This document shows positions 1-12,980 of a DNA stretch of 64,000 bases, one piece after another (positions within the stretch are counted from its first letter, which is position 1; every line of letters begins with the position of its first letter). Under the pieces are notes generated by a model. It was not told where the DNA came from. It saw only the letters and a list, made by a program, of their open reading frames with translations, and searched no databases. The translations under genes were made by a program, and so were the position numbers. Origin of the DNA: an uncultured Chloroflexia bacterium (GTDB lineage Bacteria; Chloroflexota; Limnocylindria; Limnocylindrales; CSP1-4). The stretch lies in the NCBI GenBank assembly GCA_963828165.1, contig CAWHDR010000001.1:1760001-1824000 (forward strand). Direction: 5' to 3'.

Positions 1-498
1 TCGTCGGATCTCGAGGAGCTCGGCCGCACCCCGATGGCGGTCGTCTGCGCCGGGCCGAAGGCCATCCTCGACGTGCCCGCAACGCTCGAGTACCTGGAGA
101 CACGGGGCGTGCCGGTCCTGTCGATCGGGCAGGCGGAGCTGCCCGGGTTCTTTGCCCGTTCCGCGGGGATCGCGGCCCCACATCCGGTCGCGGACCTGGC
201 CGGAGCGGCGGCGGTCGTCGGCCTTCACCTGGGTCTCGGGCTGGGGAGCGGCGTGCTCGTGTGCGTGCCGGTACCCCGGGAGGCGGCACTCCCCGAGGAC
301 GTTGCCCGCGATGCCGTCGACCGAGCGACCGCCGACGCCGAGACTGCCGGCGTGCGTGGGCCCGCGCTCACCCCCTGGCTCCTTGCACGGATCGCCGAGC
401 TCACCGGTGGCGCGTCCCTCCGGGCGAACACGGCGCTCATCGTCAACGACGCTCGGGTTGCCGCGGAACTGGCGGCGCACCTCGTCGGCTCCGACTAG
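1..498 (+). CDS. psuG: Pseudouridine-5'-phosphate glycosidase, 3' part (gene starts upstream of window)
   Basis: Frame open from base 1; SDLEEL..VVCAGPKAILDVPATLEYLETRGVPV..PGFF and LTPWLL..T.G.SL.AN.ALI.N match the PsuG C-terminal half. Confidence 0.9.
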   Translation, partial: SSDLEELGRTPMAVVCAGPKAILDVPATLEYLETRGVPVLSIGQAELPGFFARSAGIAAPHPVADLAGAAAVVGLHLGLGLGSGVLVCVPVPREAALPEDVARDAVDRATADAETAGVRGPALTPWLLARIAELTGGASLRANTALIVNDARVAAELAAHLVGSD

Positions 499-660
499 CA
501 TCGCGACGAGGCCCATCCGCCCCGACCATCGGCGTCTTGCTGGCAAACGGACCGCTCGCTACACTCCCGCGACGGGGGTCATCCGCCTGTCCGAGTGCCG
601 GGTCGCGGAACTCACCGAAGCTCGACCAGACCATCGGTTTCCTGAGGAGGACGGCTGCGC

Positions 661-1200
661 ATGCGGATCTACGAGGGCAGCCCGCGCCAGGACTTCGAGG
701 AGGTCTTTCGCTCGATCGGCGCGTTCCTCGATCAGCGTGGCATGAAGGACGTCCTGCTGGTCGAGGCGCCCGACGGTTTCATCGTGCAAGGGCTCGTGAC
801 GTCGGGCGCGGGCGGCGGCTCGTGGTCCGAATCGCTCGGGACCCAGGTCAAGGAGACCCTTACGTTCCTCGACGACGACATCGCGCGGTTCATGGAGGAG
901 GCCGCCGCCCGGCGCGGTCTCGCCGAGGCCGCTCCACCGCCACCCGCCCACCAGGCGGGCTACTATGAGACCGCGTTCCGAGTGCTCGGCCGCTACGTCG
1001 ACGAGCAGAAGCCACGCGACGTGTTCTTCTTCGAGCAGGACGGCGCATTCGTCCTCCGCCTGCTGCTGGGCACGCAGGCCGGCAACCGCCACGAGCTCGC
1101 CGAGTTCACGCGGGAAGACATCACGAACATGGTCGCGCGCGGACCCAACCTTCGCCATCCGGTGACCAGTCCCGGATCCGGCAGCACGACCAGCGCCTGA
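661..1200 (+). CDS. Hypothetical protein with an internal two-fold repeat
   Basis: GAGGAGG RBS upstream; halves FEEVFRSIGAFLD..DVLLVE..DGFIV..F..DDI and YETAFRVLGRYVD..DVFFFE.DGAFV..F..EDI resemble each other. Confidence 0.8.
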   Translation: MRIYEGSPRQDFEEVFRSIGAFLDQRGMKDVLLVEAPDGFIVQGLVTSGAGGGSWSESLGTQVKETLTFLDDDIARFMEEAAARRGLAEAAPPPPAHQAGYYETAFRVLGRYVDEQKPRDVFFFEQDGAFVLRLLLGTQAGNRHELAEFTREDITNMVARGPNLRHPVTSPGSGSTTSA

Positions 1201-1255
1201 CGACACAACGACCCTGTCCGACGTCCACCATCCGCAGACCACAGGAGGCCCACGC

Positions 1256-1411
1256 ATGAAGGCTCTCAAGACCGTCGCCGTCGCGCTCGGCATCACGCTC
1301 GCCGCGCTGATCGTCATCCCACTCGCCGTGTTGGCCGGGCTGTTCGTCTGGCTGAAGCTGACGGAGGAGGCGGACGAAGAGCTCCTCGAGCTCGACCGCG
1401 ACGGCGCCTGA
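1256..1411 (+). CDS. Small single-pass membrane protein, 51 aa (not in ORF track)
   Basis: AGGAGG at 1243; MKALKTVAVALGITLAALIVIPLAVLAGLFVWLKLTEEADEELLELDRDGA: basic N-terminus, TM helix, acidic tail. Confidence 0.7.
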   Translation: MKALKTVAVALGITLAALIVIPLAVLAGLFVWLKLTEEADEELLELDRDGA

Positions 1412-1431
1412 GCGACCCCCAGCCCGCCTCG

Positions 1432-2421
1432 GTGGCGGGCATCGACTCGCGCCCGAACGATCCGACGCAACCGACGCCCGCCGGCAGACCGGCGGGCGTT
1501 CGATTGTTCCGCGACCGACGCCTGACGGAGATCGCCGTCATCGCCGTCATGGTGTTCTGGGCGGCGAACTTCATCGTCGTCAAGGACATCATCGGCGTCC
1601 TTCCACCGGTCGCGTTCACGTTCCTTCGTTACTTCCTGGCGGCGCTGGCGCTGCTGGCGATCCTGCGCTGGTCGGAGGGGGAGGTCCGGTTACCGCGGCC
1701 TGGAGCCGGACGGATCCTGTTGCTCGGTGGCCTCGGGTTCGGCATCTACCAGATGCTGTGGACGGTGGGCCTGCAGTCGATCCCGGCCGGTGATTCCGCG
1801 CTGCTGATCGCGGCCAGCCCGGTCCTCACCGCAGTGATCGCCGTGATGATCGGGACCGACACCCTCAACGCCCGCAAGGCGGTCGGCGTGGTCCTGTCGT
1901 TCGCCGGTGTCGTGCTGGTCATCGCGGCCGGCGTGGGCATCGAGCTGACCGGCTCACCCATCGGGTTCGCGTTGACGATGGGGGCCGCCCTGTGCTGGGC
2001 GACGTACACGGCATTCGGCGCGAAGGTGCTGCGCCGGCACTCCCCGCTCGTGCTGACGACCTGGGCCACGATCGGGGGCACGCTGGTCCTCGCGCCCGTG
2101 GGGCTGGGTCAGCTCCTCGCGCCGGGGGCGCTCGGCCCGGAGCAGGCCGCCAGTCTGCCCAAGATCGTCTTCGCGGTCGCCTTTTCCGGGTTGCTGGCCG
2201 CGGCGCTCGCGAACGTCGTGGTCTTCGAGGGCGTCGGGTTGCTTGGCCCGACCCGGGTGATGACGCTGCAGTCGCTCGTGCCCGCGATGGCCGTGGTCCT
2301 CGCGTTCATCTTCCTGAGCGAGCCGATCCGGCCGGTCCAGATCGTGGGTGGCGCCGTGATCATCGTCGGCGTGGCCCTGACGCGGTGGCATTCGCGCGGG
2401 CCGGCGGTGGCACCCCGGTGA
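1432..2421 (+). CDS. DMT/EamA family transporter
   Basis: About 10 hydrophobic helices; FWAANF..K, LPP..F..LR, FL.EPI...I.GG..I..GV; start uncertain. Confidence 0.9.
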   Translation: MAGIDSRPNDPTQPTPAGRPAGVRLFRDRRLTEIAVIAVMVFWAANFIVVKDIIGVLPPVAFTFLRYFLAALALLAILRWSEGEVRLPRPGAGRILLLGGLGFGIYQMLWTVGLQSIPAGDSALLIAASPVLTAVIAVMIGTDTLNARKAVGVVLSFAGVVLVIAAGVGIELTGSPIGFALTMGAALCWATYTAFGAKVLRRHSPLVLTTWATIGGTLVLAPVGLGQLLAPGALGPEQAASLPKIVFAVAFSGLLAAALANVVVFEGVGLLGPTRVMTLQSLVPAMAVVLAFIFLSEPIRPVQIVGGAVIIVGVALTRWHSRGPAVAPR

Positions 2422-3281
2422 CGGACGAGATCGGCCCCGGTCGCTCGCCGGCCGATCCGCCATCGCCGGCGGTGCGGCCACCTGCGGATGGCGAGCCGCC
2501 CCTTGCGATCCTGATCGACTACGACGGGACGATCTCGCTCACCGATGTGACCGACATGGTCATGGCTGAGCACGTTCCAGGCGTCTGGGAGGAGGCCTCG
2601 GCGCTGTACGACGCTGGGGGCATGGGTTCGCGGCGGTTGATGACCTGGGAGATGTCGCTGGTCGAAGCGGATCCCGCCGCGCTCCTGGCCACGGCCGCCC
2701 GCCAGCCGCACGACCCGAGTTTCGTCCCGTTCGTGCGAAGCACCCAGGCGGCCGGGATCCCGATCGAGATCGTCTCCGACGGCTTTGGCTTCTTCATCGA
2801 GCCGGCCCTCGCCGTACTGGGCGTTCCCGAGCTGCCCGTCGTGACCGCGCGGACCACGTTCACGGGGCGTCGACCATCGATCGCCTTCCCGAACGGCCAT
2901 CCGGCGTGCTTCGTGTGCGGGACGTGCAAGCGCGAGCGCGTGCTCGCCTATCGCGCGACCGGCCGACGCGTCCTGTTCATCGGCGACGGCGAAAGCGACC
3001 GCTACGCGGCGGGTTACAGCGACTTCGTGTTTGCCAAGCGCTCGCTCGAACGGATCTGCCTGGAGGCCGACTGGCCATTCCACCGCTGGACCGCGTTCAG
3101 CGAGATCGAGACGTGGCTGGCCGACCTGCTCGCCGCATGGCGCGCCGATCCCGGCACGCTTCAGCCCGTAGCGCCGGGCGAGCCGCCACCCAGGGGCTAC
3201 TTCTGCGGCCCCGAGGCGTGGGGCGAGGGTCTCGTTGATCCCCCGCCGGGGTCGTGGCCACCGACGTCGGCTCTGGGCTGA
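2418..3281 (+). CDS. HAD-IB family phosphatase (MtnX-like)
   Basis: DYDGTIS motif I, VSDG motif II, CGTCK, FIGDGESD motif IV; GTGA overlap with upstream stop. Confidence 0.8.
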   Translation: MTDEIGPGRSPADPPSPAVRPPADGEPPLAILIDYDGTISLTDVTDMVMAEHVPGVWEEASALYDAGGMGSRRLMTWEMSLVEADPAALLATAARQPHDPSFVPFVRSTQAAGIPIEIVSDGFGFFIEPALAVLGVPELPVVTARTTFTGRRPSIAFPNGHPACFVCGTCKRERVLAYRATGRRVLFIGDGESDRYAAGYSDFVFAKRSLERICLEADWPFHRWTAFSEIETWLADLLAAWRADPGTLQPVAPGEPPPRGYFCGPEAWGEGLVDPPPGSWPPTSALG

Positions 3282-3295
3282 CCCACGCAGGCTGA

Positions 3296-3982
3296 TCAGC
3301 CTGGGTTGTCCGTCCCCGCAGGGGTTGGCTCAGGCGTAGTCGGCGGCGCAACCGGATGGTCCACCAGCGCCGCGAACGCGTCACGGCTCAGGGTGCCATC
3401 GAACTCGGTGGCGACGGATCCCTCGGCAGCCACGGGATACGCCGCCACGATCAATGGCAGTTCCGGACGACGGACGCCATCCTCGTCGGGGCTGGGTTGC
3501 AGGAAGAACGCGTAGGTCCTTCCCTTCTCGAGTCGAGCGGCATTGTCCACGATGTGCTCCACGCAGTCGGCGGACCCGCCGGCGTTGACCACCCGGATGG
3601 CGCCGGGTCCGTGGTCGCCGCGGAGCGACTGCGTGATCTGAAGGTTGATCGGCGTCTGGATCCCAGGATTGAATCGCGGTCCGTTCGCACGTTCGGGCTT
3701 CGCCCCGTTCTTGGTGTTCCAGACGCCGCGTTCGATGGCCTTGACCTGGGCGATGACCACGGAGTCGGTGAACTCCGATAGGGCAGCGACCGTTCGTGGC
3801 GGCGTGTCAACGCTTTCATGGATCTCGTAGCAGTCTGCCCCGGCCGTCGCTGCGGGCGCCGGCACCACAGGCACCGCGGTGGATGGGGGATCGTTGGGAG
3901 CTCCGGGCCTGGCCGTGCATGCCATTAGCGCTCCGGCTACCAGAAGCAGCGAGGCGGCGAACGGGACGTTGATCTTTCGCAT
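3296..3982 (-). CDS. Putative lipoprotein, hypothetical
   Basis: MRKINVPFAASLLLVAGALMA-C lipobox-like signal, Pro/Ala linker, RBS GAGGGA. Confidence 0.7.
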   Translation of the reverse strand: MRKINVPFAASLLLVAGALMACTARPGAPNDPPSTAVPVVPAPAATAGADCYEIHESVDTPPRTVAALSEFTDSVVIAQVKAIERGVWNTKNGAKPERANGPRFNPGIQTPINLQITQSLRGDHGPGAIRVVNAGGSADCVEHIVDNAARLEKGRTYAFFLQPSPDEDGVRRPELPLIVAAYPVAAEGSVATEFDGTLSRDAFAALVDHPVAPPTTPEPTPAGTDNPG

Positions 3983-3996
3983 GTGGATCATCCCTC

Positions 3997-5028
3997 TCAG
4001 CTCGGCGCCAGCGGCGTGGAGTAGATCCTGGTGAGCAGGAACTGGTCGTCGATGTGCGGCCCCTGGAACTCGGCTCCGTGGCATGTCGCCTTAGACCCGA
4101 CAAAGCCGCCAGTTGTGATGTGCATCAACCCAAGGACGTGGCCGACCTCATGACAGATCAGCGGGTTCCAGTTGTTACTGGAGCCCGTGGTGGCGTTGTT
4201 GATCTTGACGAAGCCTGAGTTGTAGTACTGGGGAAACGTCGACTGGGCGATCGACTGCGCTCGTGCATAGGCATCGTCGTTGGGGTCGTTGTACTCGAAG
4301 AAGATGACGGCGTGATCGCCCCCCACCGTCGCGGTCCAATGGGGGCTGGGCCCGGTCAGATCCTCGTACGCCTGCAGCACCGCGTTGATGTCCGAGTTCG
4401 GCGAATTCTCGAGGTTCTGGAGGCTCTGGTCGAGGTGATACTTGATCGTGATGGGGCCGCCCGTCGCCGTGGTCCGCCATCGATGGCAGTAGTCACCGGG
4501 TGTGTCATCGCAGGTGTACGGGGAGTTCGGGTAGTTGCCGTCGTACTGCGCCCACATCAGCGAGCGTTTCGTGATGGCCGTCCGCCATGCACCTCCGTGG
4601 AAGATCTCGCCCTTGGCGAGGAAGGCGGGCCGATCCCGGTACTGCTTGCTCCAGCCGCTGTCCGTCGCGCCGCCCCTTGCGCTGAGCCGGTCGGTTTCGG
4701 TGTAGATGGTGGGCGTCGCGTCGTTGGGCGTGTCGTACGTGTACAGCCGCTCGCGCGAATCCACGGCACTCGAGGTCAGGTTGTAGACGCGAGACCAGAC
4801 CGTCGCGCAGTGCACGGACTGGCGGAGTTCGACTCGGCCGATGACGGCGCCTGACGACGACAGGATGTTGGCGCTACTGAGGACATACACGGTGTGGCTG
4901 CCATCGCCGCAGACCGTCGTACCCGGATTCGTGCCGTCATATGGCAGCGCGAGCGCGGGGGTCGCTGATCCGGCCAGGGTGGTTCCGGCGATGGTCATGG
5001 CGAGCAACAAACGCCGTGCGGTCCTCAC
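3997..5028 (-). CDS. Secreted zinc metallopeptidase (metzincin-type) with DUF2690-like N-terminal domain
   Basis: Sec signal ending ALA; YDGTNP..C..VELRQS..C..WSRV; HEVGHVLGLMH (HExxHxxGxxH). Confidence 0.75.
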   Translation of the reverse strand: MRTARRLLLAMTIAGTTLAGSATPALALPYDGTNPGTTVCGDGSHTVYVLSSANILSSSGAVIGRVELRQSVHCATVWSRVYNLTSSAVDSRERLYTYDTPNDATPTIYTETDRLSARGGATDSGWSKQYRDRPAFLAKGEIFHGGAWRTAITKRSLMWAQYDGNYPNSPYTCDDTPGDYCHRWRTTATGGPITIKYHLDQSLQNLENSPNSDINAVLQAYEDLTGPSPHWTATVGGDHAVIFFEYNDPNDDAYARAQSIAQSTFPQYYNSGFVKINNATTGSSNNWNPLICHEVGHVLGLMHITTGGFVGSKATCHGAEFQGPHIDDQFLLTRIYSTPLAPS

Positions 5029-5148
5029 GGTTCCCCTCCGCTGCTGTCATCTCCGCTTCACAATGAGGCTGCCGCGGACCTTAGCAGCGCCGCGTCGCGT
5101 TCCTGTCGCGGTACCGGTTTCCGATCGCCTGTGGTTTCGCGCTGGAGA

Positions 5149-8823
<3,675 letters not shown>

Positions 8824-8944
8824 GGGCGGCTTCGAAACGCTCCTGTCGCGTCGAGCGCGACGCGCGCCGCGAAGGTGTGCGCCCGCTCGGAGGTAGAATC
8901 CCTCCCCACGCTGACCGCTGACCGTTGATCGGAGCCCGCCCGCC

Positions 8945-9658
8945 ATGAAGATCTTCCTCGACACCGCCGACATCGAAGAGATCCGCACCGTCGCCCGCTG
9001 GGGCATCCTCGACGGGGTGACCACGAACCCCACGCTGTTCTCGAAGACCAGCGGCATGAGCTACGAAGAGGTCCTCAAGGAGATCTGCTCCATCACGAGC
9101 GGACCCGTGTCGGCCGAGGTGGTCGCCGAGGACGTCGACGGCATGCTCACCGAGGGTCGGGCCTTCGCGAAGCTCGCCCCGAACATCGTGGTCAAGGTCC
9201 CGATGAGCGAAGAGGGCCTCGAGGCGATGAGCCGCTTCGCCGACGAGGGCATCAAGACCAACTGCACGCTGATCTTCACCGCCAACCAGGGACTCCTGGC
9301 CGCGAAGGCGGGTGCCAGCCTGCTCTCACCGTTCGTCGGGCGGCTCGACGACATCAACCAGGACGGGATGATCGTGGTCCGTGAACTGGCGGAGATCGTC
9401 GCCATCCACGAGCTCGATACCGAGGTGCTCGCGGCCTCCATCCGTACCCCGGTGCACATGACCCAGGCGGCCCTGGCGGGCGCCCACGTTGCGACGCTCC
9501 CGTTCAAGGTCCTCAAGCAGATGGTCCGCCACCCGCTCACTGACAGCGGCATCACCCAGTTCCGCTCCGATTGGGAGAAGGCTCGCGAGGCGCTGGCAAC
9601 ACAGGACGGCGGCGAGAAGAAGGAAGTCGCGGCCACGGCGGCCAAGCCCGGCGAGTAG
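8945..9658 (+). CDS. tal: Transaldolase / fructose-6-phosphate aldolase (short TalC/FsaA type)
   Basis: MKIFLDTAD, GVTTNPTL, VVKVP, SPFVGRLDD, AASIR. Confidence 0.93.
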   Translation: MKIFLDTADIEEIRTVARWGILDGVTTNPTLFSKTSGMSYEEVLKEICSITSGPVSAEVVAEDVDGMLTEGRAFAKLAPNIVVKVPMSEEGLEAMSRFADEGIKTNCTLIFTANQGLLAAKAGASLLSPFVGRLDDINQDGMIVVRELAEIVAIHELDTEVLAASIRTPVHMTQAALAGAHVATLPFKVLKQMVRHPLTDSGITQFRSDWEKAREALATQDGGEKKEVAATAAKPGE

Positions 9659-9724
9659 CTCGCGCCGGCGGATCGGTACCGAGCGTCCGGCCGTGCCATC
9701 ATCGATGATCGAACGAGGTCAGCG

Positions 9725-11545
9725 GTGAGCTCGGATCAGGACCGCTCGGAGGACCCGCCCGTGGCAGTGACAGAGGAGATACTCGGGCAGTTCCTGGGCG
9801 ACGAGGCGTTCCCCGTGACCTGGGAGTCCGACGTCGAGAAGGACTTCTTCTGGGTCTACGACGACCTGCATTGCCCCCACCCGGTCAGCCCGATGTTCTT
9901 CGACATCGGTGGTTGGTGGCTGAGCTGCGACCACATGTTTCGTCGGTTCGGCACGCCGTTCGCGGTCGACTGGCTGGCCAAGAACGTCAACGGCTACGTC
10001 TACACGACGGCCATCCCGGCCGATCCCGATCTCCGTATCGACGCCACCGAGTACAGCTCGCGCTACCAGGCCCGCGTGCCGCGCGACACCTCGTTCGCCG
10101 ACAACATGGGCGCCTACCTCGACACGGTCCTGCCCGTTTATGGCGAGCAGTTCGCCGGCTGGTGGCACGACCGGCTCGTGCCCGAGATGCAGCGCAACTT
10201 CGCGTCGCTCGAGGAGCGCCTCGACGCCGCCGCCGGGATGTCGCTCGCCCAGGTGTCGGTGCTGCTCGAAGACGCGATCGACATGCACGATCGCCACTGG
10301 AAGATCCACTGGATGCTCAACTTCGCCCAGCTGTCGGCGACGCTGAACCTGCGCGCGGTGATGGAGAAGCACCGCGGTGGAGTCGATGAGCAGTTGCTCG
10401 GGCGACTACAGAATTCCGCTTCCGACCGCAACTGGGACTCGATCGAAGCGCTCTGGGAGATGAAGAACGAAGTCCGTGACGACGCCGAGCTGCGGACGGC
10501 ATTCGCCGCCGGCGGGGTCCCCGAGATCGTCCGGAACCTCAAGGGGACGGAACGGGGCAGGCGGTTCATCACGGAGCGCGTCGAGCCATATCAGCGAGAG
10601 TTCGGCTGGCACGCGGTCTGGAGCCACGAATTCATCTTCCCAACCGTGCGTGAGCACATGGAGCCGGCCATCGAGCTCGTTCGCGGCTACCTCCTGACGG
10701 ACTACGACTACCCGACTGCGATCGAGGCGATGCGCGCCGACATCGAAGCCGCATCGCGCGAGATCCTCGAGGGCCTCAGCGGGGACGCCCTCGAGGAGAT
10801 GCGTGCGGCGAACGCCGTCAACCTGCGGATGGCGCCACTCACGCCCGACCACCACTTCTACATCGACCAGGGGGCCAACGCCCACGTTCGACTCGTCCTC
10901 ATCGAAGTGGGGCGGAAGCTCGTCGACGCCGGCCGCCTCGATCAGCCGGACGACGTGATGTTCCTGCGCTACTACGAGCTCCGCAGCCTGATCGGGAGCG
11001 CGAGCGCCCTCGATGGGCGGTCTCTGGTCGCGGCGCGACGCTCCGAGCGCGAGGCAGCCGCCCGCCTGCACCCGCGCGACTGGGTCGGCACGGTGACGCC
11101 GTCGCAGCTCGCCTTCCCGTATCTCGTCAACTGGGGCTACCCGGACCGCTTCTACCAGACGCAGTCGAGCGATGAGCGATTGATCACGGGGATCGGCGGC
11201 TCGCCAGGCGTGATCGAGGGCGTCGCCCGGGTGGTGCGAACCGTCGACGAGTTCGATGAGGTCCGTGACGGCGACATCCTGGTCTGCCAGATGACGAACC
11301 CGGCCTGGGTCGTCCTGTTCACGAAGATCGCGGGGCTCGTCACCGACACCGGCGGCACCACCTCGCATCCAGCCGTGCTCTCGCGCGAATTCGGGATCCC
11401 CGCGGTCATCGGCACATCGGTGGCAACGCAGCGCATCGTCACCGGCGACCGCATCAAGATCGATGGGACGGCCGGCAGCGTGGAGATCCTGCGCGCCGAG
11501 GCGGCCCGACCAACGGCCGCCGCGGCGTCCGCGATCGGGTCATAG
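9725..11545 (+). CDS. PEP-utilising enzyme: helical substrate-binding region plus C-terminal phospho-His swivel domain, no ATP-grasp domain
   Basis: C-terminal GSPGVIEG..R..GDILV...T.P.W...GG.TSHPAVLSREFGIPAV..G; upstream region with G.L.QPDDV.FL resembles phenylphosphate synthase alpha / rifampin phosphotransferase; start 9725 or 9761. Confidence 0.8.
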   Translation: MSSDQDRSEDPPVAVTEEILGQFLGDEAFPVTWESDVEKDFFWVYDDLHCPHPVSPMFFDIGGWWLSCDHMFRRFGTPFAVDWLAKNVNGYVYTTAIPADPDLRIDATEYSSRYQARVPRDTSFADNMGAYLDTVLPVYGEQFAGWWHDRLVPEMQRNFASLEERLDAAAGMSLAQVSVLLEDAIDMHDRHWKIHWMLNFAQLSATLNLRAVMEKHRGGVDEQLLGRLQNSASDRNWDSIEALWEMKNEVRDDAELRTAFAAGGVPEIVRNLKGTERGRRFITERVEPYQREFGWHAVWSHEFIFPTVREHMEPAIELVRGYLLTDYDYPTAIEAMRADIEAASREILEGLSGDALEEMRAANAVNLRMAPLTPDHHFYIDQGANAHVRLVLIEVGRKLVDAGRLDQPDDVMFLRYYELRSLIGSASALDGRSLVAARRSEREAAARLHPRDWVGTVTPSQLAFPYLVNWGYPDRFYQTQSSDERLITGIGGSPGVIEGVARVVRTVDEFDEVRDGDILVCQMTNPAWVVLFTKIAGLVTDTGGTTSHPAVLSREFGIPAVIGTSVATQRIVTGDRIKIDGTAGSVEILRAEAARPTAAAASAIGS

Positions 11546-12420
11546 CCCTGCGTCCCTTCGAGTACGAGCGGCCGACCCGCCTCGGCGACGCCATCGCGCT
11601 GCTCGCCTCGGGGGATTCCGAGGCGCGCCCCCTGGCGGGCGGCACGGACCTGATCATCCGACTCCGCGATGGGACGATCCGACCGCGAACGGTGGTGGAC
11701 ATCAAGGGGCTCGCCGAGCTCGATGGCGACATCCGAGAGGACGACGAATCGCTGAGGATCGGGGCTCGGACCGTGATGACGGACATCGTCGGCGACGAGC
11801 GCATCCGGCGTGACTATCAGGCACTCGCCGAGGGGGCGGCCGTAGTGGGTTCCGCCCAGATCCGGAACCGGGCGACGCTGGCCGGCAACATCTGCAACGC
11901 CTCGCCGGCGGCCGACACGGCGCCGGCACTCCTCGTGTACGGCGCGGTGGTCACCGCGGCGGGACCGACGGGCAGGCGGCGCATCGCGATCGACGACTTC
12001 TTCGTGAGCTCCGGCGTCACGACGTTGGCTCCCGGCGAGCTTGTGACCGCGATCGAGTTGCCACGCTCGCCGATCCGGCAAGGGGCCGTCCATGTTCGGC
12101 GGACCCGACGGCGTGGCCACGACCTCGCGTCGGTCACGCTGGCCTGCGCGGTCCTGGCCGACAGGGTCACCCGGCTGGCCTTCGGAAGTCTCGGGCCCCG
12201 GCCGGTCCTGGTCGTCGACGAGACGGGTGTCCTGGCCGATCCAGCAGCGCCGGACGACGCAAAGATGCGGCGGCTCGAGGAGCTGTTCGTGGATGCCAGC
12301 CCGTCCGCGCGTTCGATGCGAGCCAGCCCGGAGTACCGGCTGGCGATGCTGCGCGTGCTCGGCCTTCGGGCGGTTGAGAAGGCGATCGCGCGGCTGGCTG
12401 ATGGGACCGGCCGGGTATGA
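11542..12420 (+). CDS. Xanthine dehydrogenase family FAD-binding (medium) subunit
   Basis: PFEYERP..L..A, PLAGGTDL, QIRNRATLAGNICNASPAAD, ASPEYR; no ATG/GTG/TTG before the conserved N-terminus, probable ATA (11542) or CTG (11548) start. Confidence 0.9.
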   Translation: MALRPFEYERPTRLGDAIALLASGDSEARPLAGGTDLIIRLRDGTIRPRTVVDIKGLAELDGDIREDDESLRIGARTVMTDIVGDERIRRDYQALAEGAAVVGSAQIRNRATLAGNICNASPAADTAPALLVYGAVVTAAGPTGRRRIAIDDFFVSSGVTTLAPGELVTAIELPRSPIRQGAVHVRRTRRRGHDLASVTLACAVLADRVTRLAFGSLGPRPVLVVDETGVLADPAAPDDAKMRRLEELFVDASPSARSMRASPEYRLAMLRVLGLRAVEKAIARLADGTGRV

Positions 12421-12980
12421 CAACGACACGACGGATCGAGATGGCGGTCAACGGCCGCGCTCGCTCGATCGAGGTCGCGGCGCACCACACGCTCCTCGAG
12501 GTCCTGCGGGACGATCTCGGGCTCACCGGGACGAAGGAGTGCTGCCTGGTCGGCGAGTGTGGCGCCTGCACGGTCCTGATCGATGACGTCAGTGCCGATT
12601 CGTGCTTGGTCCTCGCAGCCGAGGTGGACGGCGCGAGCGTCACGACCGTCGAGGGTCTCGCCGACGGCGGTACGCTCCATCCCCTGCAGCAGGCCTTTCT
12701 GGATACGGGCGCCGTGCAGTGCGGTTTCTGCATCCCGGGCCAGCTGATGGCGGCGCGGGCACTGCTCGCCGAGAATCCGCACCCATCGCGCGCTGAGATC
12801 GAGGAAGGGCTAGCCGGAAACCTTTGCCGGTGCGCCGGGTACGAGCAGATCATCGAGGCGGTGTCGGCAGCGGCCGCCGTCGGGGAGACCGGCGGCCACG
12901 CTGTGCCTGCCGCGCGAGCCCAGGCGCCAGCAACCAGGGATCGATCATCGACCCCTGACGCCGACGTCGCGCCGCAATGA
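12417..12980 (+). CDS. Xanthine dehydrogenase family 2x[2Fe-2S] (small) subunit
   Basis: GTKECCLVGECGACTV..C; QCGFCIPG; GNLCRC. Confidence 0.95.
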   Translation: MTTTRRIEMAVNGRARSIEVAAHHTLLEVLRDDLGLTGTKECCLVGECGACTVLIDDVSADSCLVLAAEVDGASVTTVEGLADGGTLHPLQQAFLDTGAVQCGFCIPGQLMAARALLAENPHPSRAEIEEGLAGNLCRCAGYEQIIEAVSAAAAVGETGGHAVPAARAQAPATRDRSSTPDADVAPQ

